DNA of 64,000 bases from Bispira polyomma (taxonomy: Eukaryota), in contig OZ287752.1 of NCBI GenBank assembly GCA_965649765.1, positions 11,470,001-11,534,000 of the forward strand, given 5' to 3'. Position 1 is the stretch's first letter, and each line of letters opens with the position of its first letter. Below the pieces are notes generated by a model. It did no database searches. It was not told the origin of the DNA and saw only the letters and a list, made by a program, of their open reading frames with translations. The translations under genes were made by a program, and so were the position numbers. Below are positions 37,571 to 52,200 of this stretch, piece after piece.

Positions 37571-39745
37571 CAGGGGGTCTATATCTACCAGTGTAGTGAA
37601 TACAGGGGTCTATATCTACTAGTGTAGTGATTATAGGGGTCCATATCTACCAGTGTAGTGATTACAGGGGTCTATATCTACCAGTGTAGGGATTACAGGG
37701 GTCTATATCTACCAGTGTAGTGAATACAGGGGTCTATATCTACCAGTGTAGTGAATACAGGGGTCTATATCTACTAGTGTAGTGATTATAGGGGTCCATA
37801 TCTACCAGTGTAGTGATTACAGGGGTCTATATCTACCAGTGTAGGGATTACAGGGGTCTATATCTACCAGTGTAGTGATTACAGGGGTCTATATCTACCA
37901 GTGTAGTGATTACAGGGGTCTATATCTACCAGTGTAGTGAATACAGGGGTCTATATCTACCAGTGTAGTGAATACAGGGGTCTATATCTACCAGTCAAGT
38001 GATTACAGGGGTCTATATCTACCAGTGTAGTGAATACAGGGGTCTATATCTACCAGTGTAGTGAATACAGGGGTCTATATCTACCAGTGTAATGATTACA
38101 GGGGTCTATATCTACCAGTGTAGTGATTACAGGGGTCTATATCTACCAGTGTAGTGATTACAGGGGTCTATATCTACCAGTGTAGTGATTACAGGGGTCT
38201 ATATCTACCAGTGTAGTGAATACAGGGGTCTATATCTACCAGTGTAGTGAATACAGGGGTCTATATCTACCAGTCAAGTGATTACAGGGGTCTATATCTA
38301 CCAGTGTAGTGAATACAGGGGTCTATATCTACCAGTGTAGTGAATACAGGGGTCTATATCTACCAGTGTAGTGAATACAGGGGTCTATATCTACCAGTGT
38401 AGTGAATACAGGGGTCTATATCTACCAGTGTAGTGATTACAGGGGTCTATATCTACCAGTGTAGTGAATACAGGGGTCTATATCTACGAGTGTAGTGATT
38501 ATAGGGGTCTATATCTACCAGTGTAGTGAATACAGGGGTCTATATCTACCAGTGTAGGCATTACAAGGGTCTATATCTACCAGTGTAGTGAATACAGGGG
38601 TCTATATCTACCACTGTAGTGAATACAGGGGTCTATATCTACCAGTGTAGTGAATACAGGGGTCTATATCTACCAGTGTAGTGAATACAGGGGTCTATAT
38701 CTACCAGTCAAGTGATTACAGGGGTCTATATCTACCAGTGTAGTGAATACAGGGGTCTATATCTACCAGTGTAGTGAATACAGGGGTCTATATCTACCAG
38801 TGTAGTGAATACAGGGGTCTATATCTACCAGTGTAGTGATTACAGGGGTCTATATCTACCAGTGTAGTGAATACAGGGGTCTATATCTACGAGTGTAGTG
38901 ATTATAGGGGTCTATATCTACCAGTGTAGTGATTACAGGGGTCTATATCTACCAGTGTAGGCATTACAAGGGTCTATATCTACCAGTGTAGTGAATACAG
39001 GGGTCTATATCTACCACTGTAGTGAATACAGGGGTCTATATCTACCAGTGTAGTGAATACAGGGGTCCATATCTACCAGTGTAGTGAATACAGGGGTCTA
39101 TATCTACCAGTGTAGTGATTACAGGGGTCTATATCTACCAGCGTAGTGAATACAGGGGTCTATATCTACCAGTGTAGTGATTATAGGGGTCTATATCTAC
39201 CAGTGTAGTGAATACAGGAGTCTATATCTACTAGTGTTGTGATTACAGGTGTCTATATTTACCAGTGTAGTGATTACAGGGAGTCTATATCTACCAGTGT
39301 AGTGATTACAGGGGTCTATATCTACCAGTGTAGTGAATACAGGGGTCTATATCTACCAGTGTAGTGAATACAGGGGTCTATATCTACCAGTGTAGTGATT
39401 ATAGGTGTCTATATCTACCAGTGGAGTGATTACAGGGGTCTATATCTACCAGTGTAGGCATTACAAGGGTCTATATCTACCAGTGTAGTGATTACAGGGG
39501 TCTTTATCTACCAGTGTAGTGAATACAGGGGTCTATATCTACTAGTGTAGTTATTACAGGGGTCTACATCTACCAGTGTAGTGATTACAGGGGTCTATAT
39601 CTACCATTGTAGTGAATACAGGGGTCTATATCTACAAGTGTAGTGATTACAGAGGGTCTATATCTACCAGTGTAGTGACTACAGCGGGTCTATATCCACC
39701 AGTGTAGTGAATAAAGGCAGTCTATATCTACCAGTGTAGTGATTA
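37571..39745. repeat. 31-bp minisatellite, ~70 copies
   Basis: ACAGGGGTCTATATCTACCAGTGTAGTGA(A/T)T, head-to-tail with no spacers. Confidence 0.97.
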
Positions 39746-40759
39746 AATTACCCCCAGGTAACTTAAATCAATTTTAAATATTTTATGTTGTTGTACCCCT
39801 CTATTACCCTCTATTTTATTACTTTTGTTAAAATCTTACACCAGGTATATGTATAGACTATAATTTTCACTGTAAATAATTTCTTTCTAGTTTTGTGAAC
39901 TTATCGTGCCAAATGCTTCCTGCTAAAAAATCCTTTTTAATTTTTGTATGAATCCTATGAATAAAACACGATCAGAAACGAACATAAATACAAGGAAAAT
40001 CATAAAAAAATATAAATGAGCTATTTTTGGCCAGTTAAAAAAAACAATAATCACAATAAGATAACCTTTCTCATGCCATTCAACTTCAATATCCGACCAG
40101 TCCTCGTTTGGTGCCATACCAAGTCTTAAGTGTGAAGTTGAAAGGGGAACTGATAAGTGAACACCAAGTCATTAAAAGGCACTCTTTGGGCATTTATTAA
40201 ATCTACAACATGTATCTATAATTAGTATTTGTTAAAACTACATATTTACAATTGTCTGATAGCAATAATATATAAAACAATCACAGTTAAGTAATCCAAA
40301 CACAGCCTTAACTCTGGTTCATTGCACTAATCATTATTGCTGCATTAACTAAGGATGCACTTAACTTTTAGTTAATAGCACTTTATAAGTTATCACTTAA
40401 CTTTTAGTTAATTGCACTTTTCAAGTTATTATGATCAAGCATTTAAATTCATTCAGTTAAAGTTCATTAGCATGAATGAGAGAGAATGTATGCTAATAAA
40501 TATGAATTGATGATGTTAGAATTAAGTAAATAATACTTTAGGATTACATATATCTATACAAGTTACAAAAGCATGCGCTCATACAAGTTATGGTTACCTC
40601 AAACCCAAAAGGGGTTTTCAACAACAAGAACAGTAATAATAAATTATATAGTTATACCAAGTAAAATGACATTAAAACAGTAGTATGTAAAATTATATAT
40701 GTACATAAATGAAACATTGCCCCAAAGAGCCCAGACTTGGTGTAACTTGTTGTAGGAGT

Positions 40760-41704
40760 TGTTGAATGTAGGTTGCTACTGTAGAAGCAGCATTTGGAGT
40801 TAATTGTAAGTAAGCCCAGACGGCTTGAGACCTTCAGCCCCCATCGACCATGATTGACTGAAGGTCGATGTTGTTTTCAAATGCGAACGTCACCCCCGAA
40901 CAACGGAAAGCACAAAAGTAGAAAGCTGTAAGATTGAGTTGAAGTCACAGTATTATTTGCCTCAGTATAGCTGGCTTTATAAGCAGTGAGAGGAACATTC
41001 TTTACTGAAAACAATGGAGTTGAAGGTTTTGGTTGATTAATGTGGATCATAACATGTAAGGCAGTTACTGGACATAAAATTGAATTTTCAATGAAGGGTA
41101 GTTGCACGACATGGAATTGGTTATGGCGTTGAAGGTTTTTTGCCCATTTTATGACAATATGTACCCCTGGGTGTCCCGATATTAGATCCTGCCTGAGGTG
41201 AGGTGCCTGTCACAGTAGATTTGTGATGAGGATGTGGGTACTAAGTTAGACAATCTAAACAATCCAGAAAAAGCTGTAAGGAATAACGCTTGGAAGACGT
41301 GAGAGTTATTGAAGTGTTCACATTGCTGAATTATAGCAGTGAGAAGTAAAATTGAAATAATCAATTTTAACTTTGGGTTGTAAGGGGTAGAGAGAGAAAG
41401 TGATTTCAAAAACAGTCTAATGTGTGGGTGTTGAAACAGGTTAGTGCAGGCACCCCATAATTGAAAGTAAAATTTTACAGCTGAAAGGTAATTTTGAATT
41501 TAAGGTGGTTTAAGCCTTGCTGAGCAAGGTATTCAAGAAATACTAGTATATAGTTTGTTGTTGTGTAGTCAGGTACTTGTAAAGCAATAGCTAAAGCTAA
41601 ATACAGTCTAATGCATTGCAGATATGAACGGTTGGTCTTTTCTGTGAAGGCATTTGGAAGCTTTTGTAATGCATCAGAATAAAGGTTTTGTTGGCAGGAT
41701 GAAC
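40760..41704 (-). pseudogene. Tyrosine recombinase of the Ngaro-like element, frameshifted
   Basis: AFTEKTNRSY.., FLTAFSGLFRLSNLVP, KWAKNLQ, LCPVTAL, SQAVWAYL. Confidence 0.82.
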
Positions 41705-41724
41705 CTGAAAATTATTTAAATGTC

Positions 41725-43697
41725 ATAATTAAGAGTGAAGTCATTATCATTTACAGGCCACCACGATTTGTGCGACAATTCTGATAACAGCTGGTGGGGT
41801 ACTCTTTTGTGTGAAAAGATTCTTGAAAGGCAATCAGCCATTACATTTTTTACACCGGGAATATGTTATAGCTGTAGCTTTATGTTATATATGGCGACCT
41901 CAAGCCATATAGCTCTAGCAATGAATGCAAGGGAGTCGTCCCTTTTTTTTCCTGTATTCAAAGTGTATACCACGGCTATGTTATCACACCATATATGTAG
42001 AACAGAATTGCGACACAAATTACCCCATTTTCTAAGTGACACTAAAATGTTCCACATTTCGTAATGAACAATAGTGAAATTAGTGGGTGTATTGTTTGGG
42101 AAAGTGGAAGCATACACATTGTTTTTAAATACAGCCCCCACTCCCATGAGGGAGGCATCCACAAAGAATTCATAATTAGCAGTGGCTTTTGTGTGCATTT
42201 CCACCACCCCATTAAAGGAGTGGAGAAAAACCCGAAACCAATTAAGGTCACGCTTGAATTCATTGTTGAGGGAAATGTTAACTTGTGGGTAAGAATCATG
42301 TAGTAATGCAAACATCCTATTTAAAAATACACGCGCTGGTTTACACACCGGTGTATGTACAGGAATTTTCCTAATAGAGACTGAAGTTTTTTTCTGGTAC
42401 AATTAGAACGGCCTTGCCATTGTTCACACATATCACGAATATCTGCCATTTTTTGTTCAGGTATTTTTAAAACTCCAGTACGCGCATTCACAATTATACC
42501 CATACACGTAATGGACTCAGAAGATGTTTCAACAAGTGCTCGATAAGGGAGTACAATGTTTTGAAGGACTGTTCTGCTTCCTTAGGATTATTTCCTGCAC
42601 TATATCATCAATGTAGTTGTAGATAGGGTAGTTTTTACTGCTCATAAGCCGGCGTATAAAATCTGTTACTATTTCACAGATGGCGGTGCCGTGCTTATAG
42701 CCCATCATCACGAACAGATCGATGTATGTTTTGTTGTTCCAATTTAAAGCTGCATAATTAGAGTCGGCAGGGTCTATTCTTAGGTTCCTAAATGCCCTAG
42801 ATAAATCGTTTTTCTATAACATGCAATTAGGACCTAACTCAATAATTCTGTCTACTAACACGTCAATATTAGGGAGGGTCAAACGAAACTCATGGTTGTC
42901 ATAAACACCATTTAACGCTGAATTGTTGACAGATGAATGGTCATACGGCCAACAATTATTCAACGTGTGTTGTTACTCTTTGGACGCGTCATAACAGGTG
43001 AGAAGTGTATATTGGTAAAGGGGGGTGAGGTGTTAAATGGTCCCGCAATAGCCTTGTGCAGGCATTCAGTTATAAAGTATTCATCCACACTACTTTTGGG
43101 TTGATTGGCAGAGTCATGGTTTTTAGCCATGTTATTAACTTTAAAACCTTGTTTTTCTATACACAAAGGAAAACTGAATTCCAGATATTCTGGCAATAGT
43201 ATATTGGAGTCTTGAGACATTAGGTTTCTCCAAGCAGGGATGTTTAACTCTGATGGTACTGGGATCCGTGCTCCCATGTAATTTGGGCCCCCAATTTTGT
43301 TTACTCTGTTATTGGCTAAAATAGCCCATTGTTCTAGAGTCTGATAATGGATTTTGTTTCTACCTTGAGGTATGCTATATACCGGTTTGTAAATACACAT
43401 GAAGCCAAAATTGTCCTTAGACTTGTGAAACTGATTGGTTTTGTGTAATTCCCGCTTTACACATGTGTCAATTATAGGTTCTGAAAGGGAGCTACCCTGA
43501 ATGTCAGATTTGTTGACAGAAGGAAAATGGTGTTGTACCATAGACTGTAGTGACACAGGACTTATGGCAATATCCCCCCTTGAGGGGGAGGAGAAGAGAC
43601 TTGCTGTATATATTTCTGGGACACTAACTTGTTTACGTTTTGGTTTAATTACACTTTTTCTGGAGTCAATAGCAAGAGTTGTGGAGGGTGCACACAC
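41725..43697 (-). pseudogene. Reverse transcriptase-RNase H of the Ngaro-like element, frameshifted
   Basis: ORF pieces 42960-43697, 42529-42711, 42321-42503 and 41866-42402 carry consecutive RT/RH motifs. Confidence 0.88.
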
Positions 43698-45832
43698 CCC
43701 TTACAACTTTTCTCAGAACCTTTTTGGTTTTCAATTTTTTAGTTTCCAAGCAGTGTTCCAAAAAGACCTAGTTTTTATGCTTTTGGGGCTTGCTGGAGGC
43801 TTTTCCCGTTTTCCGGACACTTGCAATTGACTTCCCTATGTGCATTAAATTTACTAGTGAGGCCAAAGCACTTGGCACAACCATGTTTTAGAATCATAGC
43901 AGCAAAGGCATGGTCACCTGTTTGGGTACAAGTGCCTTTGTTATAGGCAAGTGCCTTTGTTATAGGCAGTACAGGGTATAGTTATACTTTTTCCATAATT
44001 TTTTGTGGTAGCAATTAAAGCAGTTTCGTGACTATTTTCTTTTATAGTGCGCTGCGTTAACCTAGCTTGAATTTCATGAACAGATCTCATATCATGCCAA
44101 TTAACCTCTCCTTTTCCATTTCAAGTAACAGAACACAGTGGGCGCTTTTGGCTGTATACCATGATGTTTCCATGGCATCCCTTATTAACTGTACCCCGTA
44201 CTGCATCATGTTATTTTTGACTACATTTTCTGGTTCTTCTAACATAGATTGTAAATATCCCTGAAACCACATCAGTGGAGTAACTTCATCATAAGCTGGA
44301 TACTTTCTACTCGAATTAACATAACAATGTTCATGTGAGCAATTAATATGCTCTTTAATGTTATGTTCACCAGTACATAATAATCCAGACTTTAGTTTCT
44401 TACCATGCTCTTCTGGTCAGGAGGCCAGCCTGTTTTTATGTTGTTTCAGGCGTGCGCCGACTTGACGTTGGATGTGGTCGTTCTGACGCAGAAATTGTTG
44501 GCTAGGTGGTAGTAAGTCCTCGGAATCTTGGCAGTTGTAGTGTCCATGGTCAGCTGGTCTGGTTTCCTCATAATGGCCTCGTTCAGCAGCAGTTCTCTCA
44601 GCTCATCTGTTAAAAACAGGAAGGCCCCCTCGGCGCTCAGACTCCATGTCGTCCATCAAACGATTCCAGTCTTTGTCACACATCAGTAATTCATCACTGT
44701 CGTTGTTGTAACTCGGACAGACAGGGGTACGTCTATGGGACATATCCGGATCTTTCTGGGGACCGACGACGGGCACTGTTGGGAGCGTACTCACTTCTGT
44801 GCTTGTCCAGTTGCTCGCTCTGCACGCTGTTGACCTTGTCTTCTAGCTTCTGGAGCTTAGATATGATGAAGTCCAACTTCTGTGACCCAGCTGGGTTCAT
44901 GGGTGAGCGAGAACGAGGCATAGAGTCCAATTCCACACAACGAGGACGCCCTCTGGTTCTAGCAGGCTGAGATCCTACAGACACAGGCGAGTCATTATTT
45001 AATACAGCATCCAGAGCACAAGGCCTTCCCACAGGCTTTGGGCGATTTATTCCACATTTTTTGCAATAAGCACTTGGCCTAGCCATTTTATATCATCACA
45101 AGTATAACACAGGGATCCTCCTTCTACAACTTTCGCTGTGACAGGTATTTTAAATTTGACGATACTTAAATTTAATATGAACAACATAAACTAAAATAGA
45201 CTAAAATCATGTAAAATATCATTCATAAATCTGTCAAGTGCTGGAGTTGGTAGGAGTAGGGTCTCAAATGAGACCATGATTTTTGACAGCACTTCCAGAG
45301 GCAAATGAATATTAATAGTATTTGCTAGAAAACAGGGGTTTCTAAAGGCAAAAGCCTGGGTGACAAGTTAGCAATCTTTCAAAAGTGAGAGAGTCATTAA
45401 GGACCTGAAAAAAGAAAGGGGAAAGAGGGGGGGAGGTGGCAATTAATGTCACCTTCCTGGGACTGAACTCTAGTGCTGTCAACGCCCTAGCTCCCGAATA
45501 TTGAGTATGTATGGAATGAAAACTATGCCTGTTATAGCATATTTGCATCCACTTTTGTCTCAAAATCGGTCAGTCCTTCCGATTTTTTCTCTCCCTGACA
45601 GATAAAAACTGTTAGCCAAACAGAAGTCGGCCGACGTCTGATCGGATCTGATGCAAATCTGATGAAAGGAAGCAGATGGTAGCATTGTGTAATGAGGGGA
45701 AAAATCGGTCGACGTCGGCCGATAAAAGCATGCTGAAAGGAAGTGTAGGCTAACAGGTTCAAATCTCAGCGACTGTATATATGTGCATGTGTGTGGAAAG
45801 TTACTACTAAAATTGAAAAATGTAAACACTAA

Positions 45833-46398
45833 TACCGTGGTCACACTGGGCTTACGTTACGATTACGAACAAAAAATAGCTAACGTAGGGTAAAACATAA
45901 TGAAACGTAAGCAGAACTTGGTATACTTAAGTAAACGTAAGCATGCTTAAGTAAAATGGTCCCTTAATATCCCATTTTTTCAAAAACATAAAAAATGTCG
46001 CACTGCTCGATATTTGTTATATTTCCGGCGGTTTTTTAAAACTTTCTGAAATGGTTGGTGCGTTTACGGGAAATGTATGACATGTATTCAATGTGTATAT
46101 GACATAAAGGACGGAAATAAAACGAACTATACTTCCAAATAATAACTAGAAACGAGGAGAACGAGAACGAAACGGGTTTAAAAACATGGCTAATGTATTT
46201 TAAAACGTGGCTAACGATAAAAAAAATAATTGAAACGGCTATTAAAAACGTGCTTAATGCGTGTACAAACGTATACAAAATGTAAACAAAACGGCCCATA
46301 CATTGATTTCCTCCAAATTTTTACTTCTTTTTTTTCCCGTTTTCTTACGTTCATGGAATTTTAAACGTAATGGGAACGTGCTCAGTGTGACCACGGCA
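45833..46398. mobile_element. PIF/Harbinger-type MITE, same family as 34358-34978, opposite orientation
   Basis: TIR CCGTGGTCACACTG / CAGTGTGACCACGG; TAA TSD. Confidence 0.85.
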
Positions 46399-48329
46399 TA
46401 AAAGTCACAGGTATCTGGGATAACTGAGAAAGCCTACATACAAGAGCATTGTACATTGATTCTTTTGTAAATTGGTAGGATAACACTGAAACGATTAAGA
46501 CCTTTCACCCCCCCAAAAAAACACCATCTGGACCTTTTACTAACCAGACGTACACTACACTGTGTAGGTTTACAGGATCTAAATTTAGTTGGGTTTTATG
46601 TCGCTTTCAACAGCTTAGGTCATATCATGACGGCCAGATTCATTGGTGGAACAAATCAGTGCTTAAGCACTGTAAACCACTGACCTAAGACAAGTACCTC
46701 ACAAACATTCCGACACAAAGAAACAAACTGGATTTAAACTAACATTAGTAGGTGGCCCACTTCTCGATCTTTATTGCTAACTTAGCTATAGGAGCAGATC
46801 TGTGAAGTAGGTATACATGAATCAGAAGAACACATTCTGTTATTCAGGCATGTATTCCTATGAATACAATTACTTAATATATATATACCTATAGACTTAA
46901 ACCTAGACTTTTTATATATAGAAAGCTGGGACCTCAGTGGTCTATGGGTAACACTCTCGCTTCCCATACTCTATAGTTACAGGTTCAAATCTCAGCGACT
47001 GTGTGTGTATATATGTGCGTGTGTGTGGAAAGTTGACAGCAGACTTGCTGAAGGCTGTACATGGTTAGCATTTCAGAAATCTTGACCAACTAGACTCTCT
47101 TCTGCTTTTTCTACACCAATAAACTTCCCATTGCGACATATTAAGGATGTTTAACGATGTTAGAGTCTCAACTAAATAAGTAAATGGGGAAGTTAAGCCT
47201 TAGAATTTAATTAAGGTTTTTGTACAGCAAACCGAGTTGAAATATAAGGTGAAAATGAGCACACATGGCCTTTCACAAACTCTTTACTTAATTGTTCTAC
47301 GTCTTAAATGTAAAGATTGCTCTTTGAAAATGATACAATGCTCTTGTTAAAAGGAACAAAAGTAAAGAGTACTTTCTTAAGTGTTAACCCAGGTTGTGGC
47401 ATTTTATTGAAACAAAAAGAAAGAAATATCATTTAAAATAATGTAGAAGTTTTGTCCTTTCAAGTGGTGGGCGATAGTCTAGTATTGATTCCTTCTTTTT
47501 TTGCATTCAGTCGTGTTTGTGAAGTGTATCTATATATTTTATGTTGTGGAAAATTTTGTTGCAAAAAAAAATCAAAAATATATCAGGTAATAAGTGGATT
47601 CAATATTCTTTCTTTGAAAAAGTTTATTGTTGGAAATTTAAATATAAGAATAAATACTGAATTTACCTCAGCAATAGCAGTAGCACATCGATTTATATAA
47701 CAGCCTTTTCTACGTAAAGTGGTCAAGTGGCTTTCATTTTGTGTGAACATTTGTATAATGCCCTGTTTATATGCATGTCTGTCATCCATTCATTTAAGCC
47801 CTGTCCGTCAATGTGGCCTTATTTTATATCATATTGTTTGTAAAGCATACCTTCTTAGAATATCCATAAACTACATTAAACTTAATCGCGTGTCACGTTT
47901 CTGTCACATATTGTCATATAAATGCATCTCTTCTGCACACTTTTTCTCACTTTTGGCAGATTTATACAGACATATAGAAACAAAACCACACATTATGTTA
48001 CATGCCGCAACGTTTACAACACATACTCCGTCCATCTCGTTCTTGTCACAAATGCTCTCTTTTAGTAACTTCTTGACACTTTGCCCGTTTTTACAAACTT
48101 ACTATGTGTTGTTACATTGACGATACATAATAATCACTAATGAGGGATTTTCCACGTTTTTGCATTAATTTCACTCAGTAATCACAGCTAGCTGTAACTA
48201 ATTTAAATAGACTGGAAATAAAATATAAAAAAAAACTATTTGAATTTATTTTTTAATTTCCAGCGAAGAAGATGGATTCCACGCACAGAAATGTGGCATT
48301 GATCATAATGGGATATCATGTCATGGATA

Positions 48330-49290
48330 TAATATCACTGGTTAACCTGTAAGAAGGAGGAGGACGCTCTGGGTTCAACCATGGCTACTTATTTAGACTT
48401 CCCATCGCATACAGTGAGTATGACCACTTAATGGCCAAGCTAGAGAGGGAGGACCTCAATTCATTAAACAAACTTTGGGTCAGAATTAGCCCCAGAATAG
48501 TCCCGGAGAAACTCTGACTGAAGACTGCAGACTAGCCATTACACTCAGACATCTAGCTATATATATTTATATTATGGCTTCAGGGTGTACACAACACCAT
48601 CTACATCATTGTCAAGGAAGTACTGCAGGCTATCATCAATAAAAAACAATCAGGAAACCATCCATCTACCCACCACCTTGAAGGATTAGCAATCTGTGGC
48701 TGACTTATATTCCAACCAGTGGAACTTCCACCACACATTGGGTGCCCTAGATGACAAGCATGTGAGTGGCCTCCCATTGATGGCTTATTCTATTCCAGCT
48801 TCAAAGTTTTTTTTCTATTGTGATGCTAAATGCAGACTATAAGTTTATCTGGTTTTGTGTCTGCAATAATGGTGCCTTCCCAGATGCACATATTTTTAAT
48901 GACTCCTCAGACATATGATGAATGATGATACCATTTGGATGACGGTTATGCTTTTGCCCTTAAAACCTGGCCCATGGAACCTTTCTCCAATTGTAGCTTA
49001 ACTGTTCCTGAGAGGATATTCAATTACAGACTCTCTAGAACCAAGAGAGTTGTTGAGGATTTCTTTGACATCCTGGCAAACCGTTTTGGATGCCTTGCCT
49101 TCAACAGCACCCTGAAGTCATAAATTTAGTATTGTGCTGATGTTGCCTTCACAACATAATAAAACTGAGATACTACAGATGGACGGCTGCGGGAGATGTT
49201 CAACAACAGCAGGGTGGCAATAGAGACATTCTAGCTGCCAAGAGACATAGGGTATATCTGAAGCACTACTACAGGAGACCCTCTGTATGT
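48330..49290 (+). pseudogene. PIF/Harbinger DDE transposase relic (HARBI1-like)
   Basis: RRRTLWVQPWL, LAITLRHLA, WNFHHTLGALDDKHV, ADYKFIW, FALKTWPMEPF, RIFNYRLSRTKRVVEDFFDILANRF, across frameshifts. Confidence 0.85.
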
Positions 49291-52200
49291 GTGGTTCTTT
49301 GACAACTGCATAGTGTCTCTAATCAACTTCAGTCTGTCTGTCAGTGGCACAAATCCTGAACCGAACTTAATGTTGGCGATCTTTCATACTGGTCCATACG
49401 AGGACAACCAAATAAATTTGTATTCAATTGCAAATTAATGCATGGACATAGGGTTTCTCACCACTGATCCAAATTGTTGAATTCAACTGGCAACAACTCA
49501 CAGTAAATCTGTTTCAAATTCATATCTGTATAAAATATTAGTAAACACACATAACAATAATTACAAGTATTTACTCAGCATTATTTTACAACTGAAAAGT
49601 ACAGTTTAGATTATCTGATAGTGAGGGGTTGAAAATTGTTACAAAATCATAAACTGGAATACTTATGGTACTGTTCCACTATCAAGAATAGTCAGGGTGA
49701 TGTCCCTGTAATCTGATCATGGTCAATTGTGGGTATTTTGCCCCGATGTGTGTCGAAAAGGGTGGGAAAATTTGCATTGCATCATCTGAGTATACACGTA
49801 TTGGTTAATGACTAAAAAGATAAGTCATTCGCCAGAACAAAATATCTATGACCCCGACCTCTCCGACTGACCAAGATAAGTTGTTCCAGCCAGTAACGGC
49901 CCAAAATATAAGTCGTAACCACACCACGACACTATTCTTTGTACCCAAGGATAACTCGCCACCCCTAACTAATGCATTATATTATACTAGCTAACTAATG
50001 CAACACCTAAAATACAATCTAACCAACAGTGATATAACGACAGGCATTTTTAAAAGGTATATAAAAAAAGTTTTTAGCTTTGTACCGTATACGTAATTAA
50101 TTGAGAGCGCCTTGACTTTGGACGTTATGGTCGTGGGAAATTGCGAAATTGTATGTGGTTTTATATTTATGCGAATTGATGAAAAACGTAAAACCATATT
50201 TGTATATTGTCACTTTCGCACAACAAATTATAACTGTTAACCACACACCTAGTTTGGAATTACGGTACTAGTGTTAAAAATACATAATTATATGTATCTA
50301 CATGAATATATCACAGGGTGAAAAAACTTATTTTTAGACTTTTCGCACAACAAATTTACTTTACGGTATGTTACGTACTTAGAGCTATAACCACACGCAT
50401 TGTCTAAAATTACGGTAGTGTAAACGTTAAAAATACATATTTAACGTAAAAGGTTCCATTAAGCTCTCCTCAGTGTTAAGGGTACTAAAGGTTGTAAATG
50501 CTATTTATCTTATATAATAAGATATACCAGCTACCTAATGCAACAAATAAAAATACAAATCTATCTATAACGACAGGTACTTCAAAAAGGCATAACTTCA
50601 CAGTTTTCAGCTGTGTATCAAGTGATTAAGGAGATCACTTGGTTGTGGATGTTATGGTCGCGGGAAATTCCAAATTTCTATGTGGTTTTATCATTTTCGA
50701 ATAAGGAAATACACATATACTTTACAGATGCAGTTTAAAAAAAAAACATTATGATTCATATATGCTTGTGAAAATAATCGGTTGTGATTTATTTAGAGAT
50801 TTTACAAAGTATAATTACTCCTTTTGAAAAAGTAAATCATTGAAAAATAGTAAAACTCGTTCCCAATAAGTAGCAATCATATTGTCGTCATTGGTGCTAT
50901 ATCAAACACAGCAGAAATTAGGCTTTGTTCCTTTCAGATTTACTCAGAGATCATTGGTGAAAGCCATGTAAACCCTATATACACACTTATAATTATATCC
51001 ACTTATTGACAAGCAAAATAAAACGTCTACGAATCATAAATGACACCAAAGCGACATTGAAATAATTTCACAAGATTAAACCAGACCGATACATAATGTG
51101 TTTTTGTTTTTAAACCTGAGAGCACTAGAAAAAAACCCAGTATAGAACAAAACTTACGTGGAATATTACGTGAATAACCTGATCTGTGACGTCACAGTGT
51201 GTATGACGTAATTTTTAATTTGCATGAAACGGCAAACAAACGTCTTTGCGTTGGCAACGTCATGTAAACAATACACAGTGACGGATTTAGGGAAATACTG
51301 AGGTTACAGACACATAGTTTTATTTTCTACAAATTTTTTGTTGTTGGCACGAGTAAGCATAACACTTTAGTGTATTTTATGGGAAATATTTTACTGCCAA
51401 AGGATCTAAATAGGTTAGTTAGCCCAAAGCACGTTATGTAGTGAAAGTCGCGTGTCAGCAGTCATAACGTCCTATCTTAGGGTTCTAAAAGTTCGCTAAA
51501 CTTGTGCATACACGGGTGGACAGCTTAGCGGACACTTTTTGCCGTTTTTGCAACTCTATCATAACATATTAAGTTGTATATATCGTTGGGTGTTGTTGAT
51601 TCGAGGGTCTTGTAAATTCGATATTTGCCGTTTTCTTCAATAACCAAATGTGTTTTATATCTCTTACATTACAAAATAATATTTCAACATCTCTAGATTA
51701 AAATACAGCTCTAATTTTCGCCCAAACGATCTTTTTCAATGTGAAATAAGCCCTTAAAAAAATGGTTAAAACTCGCGAATCTACGAGACACAAGGCTACA
51801 ACAAAAGGTACTTAAAATGGAGAAGAAATATTAAGCTACACTGTACATATAATTATTCTTTTATATATTATGTTTTTACTAAAGATTTATCTTTCTAAAA
51901 GACCTTGCCCAACAACATGATTTTCTTAGGAAGTGGACAGACCAGCGGAAATGTTTGTTTACATCTAATGAACAGTTCAGAAGAGCATGAATTTGTTCAT
52001 ATTAATTATTTTTGAGGATAACAGCAATGTTAAAGATAAAATTGGGAACAGGTTTTGTATTTTTACGACAAATAAAGTTGTAAGTGGCTGTATATGAATT
52101 TTTGTAAGCAATAGTAGACTGTTTTAAAGAGTACTTTTGCTGTTACCAAGTTTTTCAAAAGAAATGCAATGACAAATGGAACAGAAATATCAAGAAAGGT

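Larger units (their letters stand above)
40740..45086 (-). mobile_element. Decayed Ngaro-like YR retrotransposon (gag, RT, RNase H, tyrosine recombinase; no MT)
   Basis: gag CKKC..KPVGRPC and a later Cys/His finger; RT DLSRAFRNL, MGYKHG, NYIDD; RNase H VDAS, HYE, WCDN, NVMADCLSR; YR GLFRLSNL, LCPVTAL, CFRCSGVT. Many frameshifts; termini not resolved. Confidence 0.85.

Noticed and set aside
37571-39745. CRISPR array
   Set aside because: The 31-bp units are contiguous with no unique spacers, there are no cas genes, and the context is eukaryotic.
39900-45500. Split direct terminal repeats of the Ngaro-like element
   Set aside because: Only 8-9-bp matches were visible between the two flanks, so the termini are left unresolved.
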